A DNA stretch of 64,000 bases from Malacoraja senta. Taxonomy: Eukaryota. The notes under the pieces were generated by a model. That model worked only from the letters and a program-made list of their open reading frames with translations, did not search any database and was not told where the DNA came from. The stretch spans positions 62,001 to 126,000 of the forward strand of contig JAXLNO010004831.1 in NCBI GenBank assembly GCA_038087875.1, given 5' to 3'. The position numbers were made by a program, and so were the translations under genes. Positions 61,353 through 64,000 of the stretch are shown one piece after another (the stretch's first letter is position 1; each line of letters starts with the position of its first letter).

Positions 61353-61619
61353 TTTCCCCTGAGGTCACTCTCGCTGCCCGCCCTGATGACCATTCAGTCC
61401 TGTACTGCACTGTGTTTGGATTTTACCCACCGGCCATCAATGTCAGCTGGTTGCAGAATGGTCAACATGTCTCTGAGACCAAATCTTCTGGGGTCATACC
61501 CAACAACGATGGAACATATCATCTAAGGTCTGTCCTTGAGTATGATCCGTATGATGGGAAACAGTATTCCTGTCATGTCGATCACAGCAGCCTGCCCGGT
61601 GGGAAGACCATCATCTGGG
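61353..61619 (+). CDS. MHC class I-like alpha3 (Ig C1-set) exon, 89 codons; expected acceptor reads AA rather than AG
   Basis: VSPEVTL..LYCTVFGFYPPAINVSW..PNNDGTY..YSCHVDHSSL..W, with both Ig cysteines and the FYP motif. Donor TGG G|GTAAGA. The phase-compatible start at 61353 is preceded by ctgtcttgtAA. Confidence 0.9.
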
Positions 61620-61959
61620 GTAAGAACATTAAATATTCTTTCATAGATAATCATTATCTTCTGTTGTTTCCATTTTAATCATCATGAATACATCCCATAT
61701 TCCAAGATGCTTAAACTTTCTTTGTTTAGTGGTGTTGCTCTAAGTAATCACGTAATCAGCACCCATTCTCCACATGAGCAGAAGACTTTGTCAACAGAAC
61801 ATTTATCAAAAGTAAATAAATAACTAATATATAAGGAAGGAGTATTTGAGATTCTCAGTGGTGGAACTGAAATCTATGAAAGGTATGTTTAAATACAAAA
61901 TTAATCTTTCCTCATGATGTGATTAACAACAAGGCACTGGGGGAGTACATGCCCCAATC

Positions 61960-62600
61960 TGAATCATTGGTCCGAAGTGGAAATGATTGTGAGCTTCATG
62001 TTCCTTGGCATGAATTTATCCAATATTCTGTCATGGACTGGCCACATAGCCAAGGAGGCACACCGACACCTCTACTTCCTCAGGAGACTGAGGATATTCA
62101 TCATGTCTCTGGTGACTCTAGCAAACATCTATAGATGCCGTTAGAGAAAGCATGTTGTTGGGTTGCATCACATCTTGATTGGGGAACTGCACTGCCCAAG
62201 ACTGCAAGAATATACAAAGAGTTAAAGATCATCACACAGGCCAGACTTCCCACTATTGGCTCAATCTCCACCAGGTTGCCTTGGAAAACAAGACTTATCC
62301 CAACCTTCCTCCTTCTTGCTCCCATCAGGCATTAGGTACAGAAAGTTGAAAATATGCACTGCCAGATTCAGGAACACCCCCTTTCCACCTGTTAACAGGC
62401 TTCGGAAGGGTCCTTCCATAATGTAGGTTTAATGCCCGATTCACCTCAACCTCATTGAACATTGAACATTGTCCATGGAACTGATGTGTTACAATGCTGA
62501 GAACTATATTCTGTACTCTGTATCCTCCTCTTTGCTCTATCTATTGTTTTTGAGTTTGTATTTATGTATAGTTTTATAATTTGTTTGGATAGCATACAAA
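61960..62600 (+). mobile_element. Decayed Rex1-type LINE 3' fragment
   Basis: Nucleotide match to the CTACTTCCTCAGGAGACTGAGG..GCATCACA region of the other Rex1 copies, plus the typical 3' UTR. Confidence 0.65.
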
Positions 62601-64000
62601 ACAAACCTTTGCTCATATTTTGAAACATCTGGCGTTAATAAAACTAAACCTAATGAAGTAAGTTCCATGACGCAAGTTACAGATTCAGCAACGAAAAATA
62701 TAACTGCCTGACAAACAACGATCGTAGTAGTTTGATTCCAAGTATGCTGCACTAACCTACACAAATGCTCACTTTTGAAGATTCCCTCGAACAATGCACA
62801 ACTAAGGAATCTGATGTTTCACTCTGAAGACTGTTGACATACTCCAGAACTTAATTTCCAACCTATCTATGTATCATCAGCAATCTAGGCTACAGCGCCA
62901 CCAGTCCCTTCATCTGCTCTTAATACCAACGATAAGTAGTTCACTTTCTTGCATTGATTCCCAACCTGCAGTTGCAGTTTCCCAACCAGAACACTCCTTT
63001 AAGACAACTCTCTGCTTGCTCTTAATTGTTTTTTCCATTCATGCTAATTATTACCCCCAATGTCATAAGCCATGTGCCTTTGCATCACTTGATCAGATAT
63101 CTTATGAAAATCCAGATATTGTGCGACATCTGGTGGTCAGGCCACTTATTGCTAGAACCCTCGTCAGGGGAGCTGGGACTATCACGTGAGTGACAGGGTT
63201 TTGGTGGGAGTTGGTGATGAATCAGTCGCCAGTCAACTGGTGTGCCCGATAACAACGGCAGGAACTTTGCTCAAGTCCTTACTAAACGCGAGTGTGCCAA
63301 AACTGTATTTCTTTAAAAAACATTGATTTGTTCACGACGTTTGGATCTCTACAATATACTGTATTTCTTTTGTTTCTCATTCCAATTTTGTTACCTATTC
63401 TGCTTTTCCATCATTTTGTTTTTGAATTTTAGACTATGTACACCTGCTGCTCGAATATACATTGTCTACGGGGTTCCTGTTGCATTTTCAAAGAATTCTA
63501 ATCAATTTCTCAAACAAAGTTTGAAGAAGGGTCCCAAAACGAAACATCGCCTGTCCATGTGTAAGAAGAAACTGCAAATGCTGGTTTACACCGAAGATGG
63601 ACACAAATTACTGGAATAACTCAGCTGGTCAGCCAGCATCTCTGGAGAAAAGGAATAGGTGATGAATCCATGTTCACCAGAGATGCTGCCTGTTCCGCTG
63701 AGTTACTCCAGCATTTTGTGTCTATTATGTATATTCTTTCCACTGACTGGTTAGCACGTAACAAAAGCTTTTCACTGTACCTCAATACATGTGACAATAA
63801 ACTAAACTAAAGCTTTTGTGTAAATCAGTATCTGCATCTCTTTCTTTCTACAATTTTCCTGTTAATGCCCTGTTAATGCACTTTATAGTTTTGTTATTAC
63901 TTAAATGTTCTGCATTATTGAAAGGAATCCAGCATTTTCCCCAAAACAAATGTTAGTTTATATAGGGTTAAAGCTTTCTGCTTTCAATTCACCTTCTTTC

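Larger units (their letters stand above)
10487..61619 (+). other. Gene model: nonclassical MHC class I-like gene (leader-alpha1-alpha2-alpha3); 3' exons not found in window
   Basis: Four colinear, same-strand, phase-1-compatible exons. Introns of 23,288, 20,246 and 6,722 nt are filled with transposable elements. Confidence 0.8.

Noticed and set aside
61620-64000. Transmembrane or cytoplasmic exon of the class I gene, including hydrophobic ORFs 63323-63619 and 62869-63189 and a GTGAGT donor at 63186
   Set aside because: Hydrophobicity comes from T-rich sequence. I found no phase-1 acceptor leading into a TM helix with a basic stop-transfer. The exon probably lies beyond the window.

Overview
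Repeat-dense vertebrate genomic DNA. The HE1/V-SINE-like, CR1, Rex1 and Penelope repeat content suggests a cartilaginous fish, probably a skate or ray (inference). The only host gene I can support is one plus-strand MHC class I-like gene spread over >51 kb. It has a leader exon (10487/10508-10559, GC donor), alpha1 (33848-34108), alpha2 (54355-54630) and alpha3 (61353-61619). All exons are phase 1 and stop-free, but the expected alpha3 acceptor reads AA instead of AG. Several peptide-anchoring residues are replaced, so it looks nonclassical. I found no TM or cytoplasmic exon. The introns hold nested mobile elements: (i) a full-length Tx1-clade LINE with a 12-bp TSD inside a PIF/Harbinger-type MITE; (ii) a hAT element inside a Charlie/Buster hAT inside a SINE tail; (iii) many Penelope-like GIY-YIG fragments and short terminal repeats whose consensus matches a minimal hammerhead ribozyme, found singly, in tandem and as inverted pairs; (iv) CR1, Rex1/Babar, L1 and RTE fragments, tRNA-derived SINEs and microsatellites. 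Exon, TIR and TSD coordinates were counted by hand; limits of decayed repeats are approximate.
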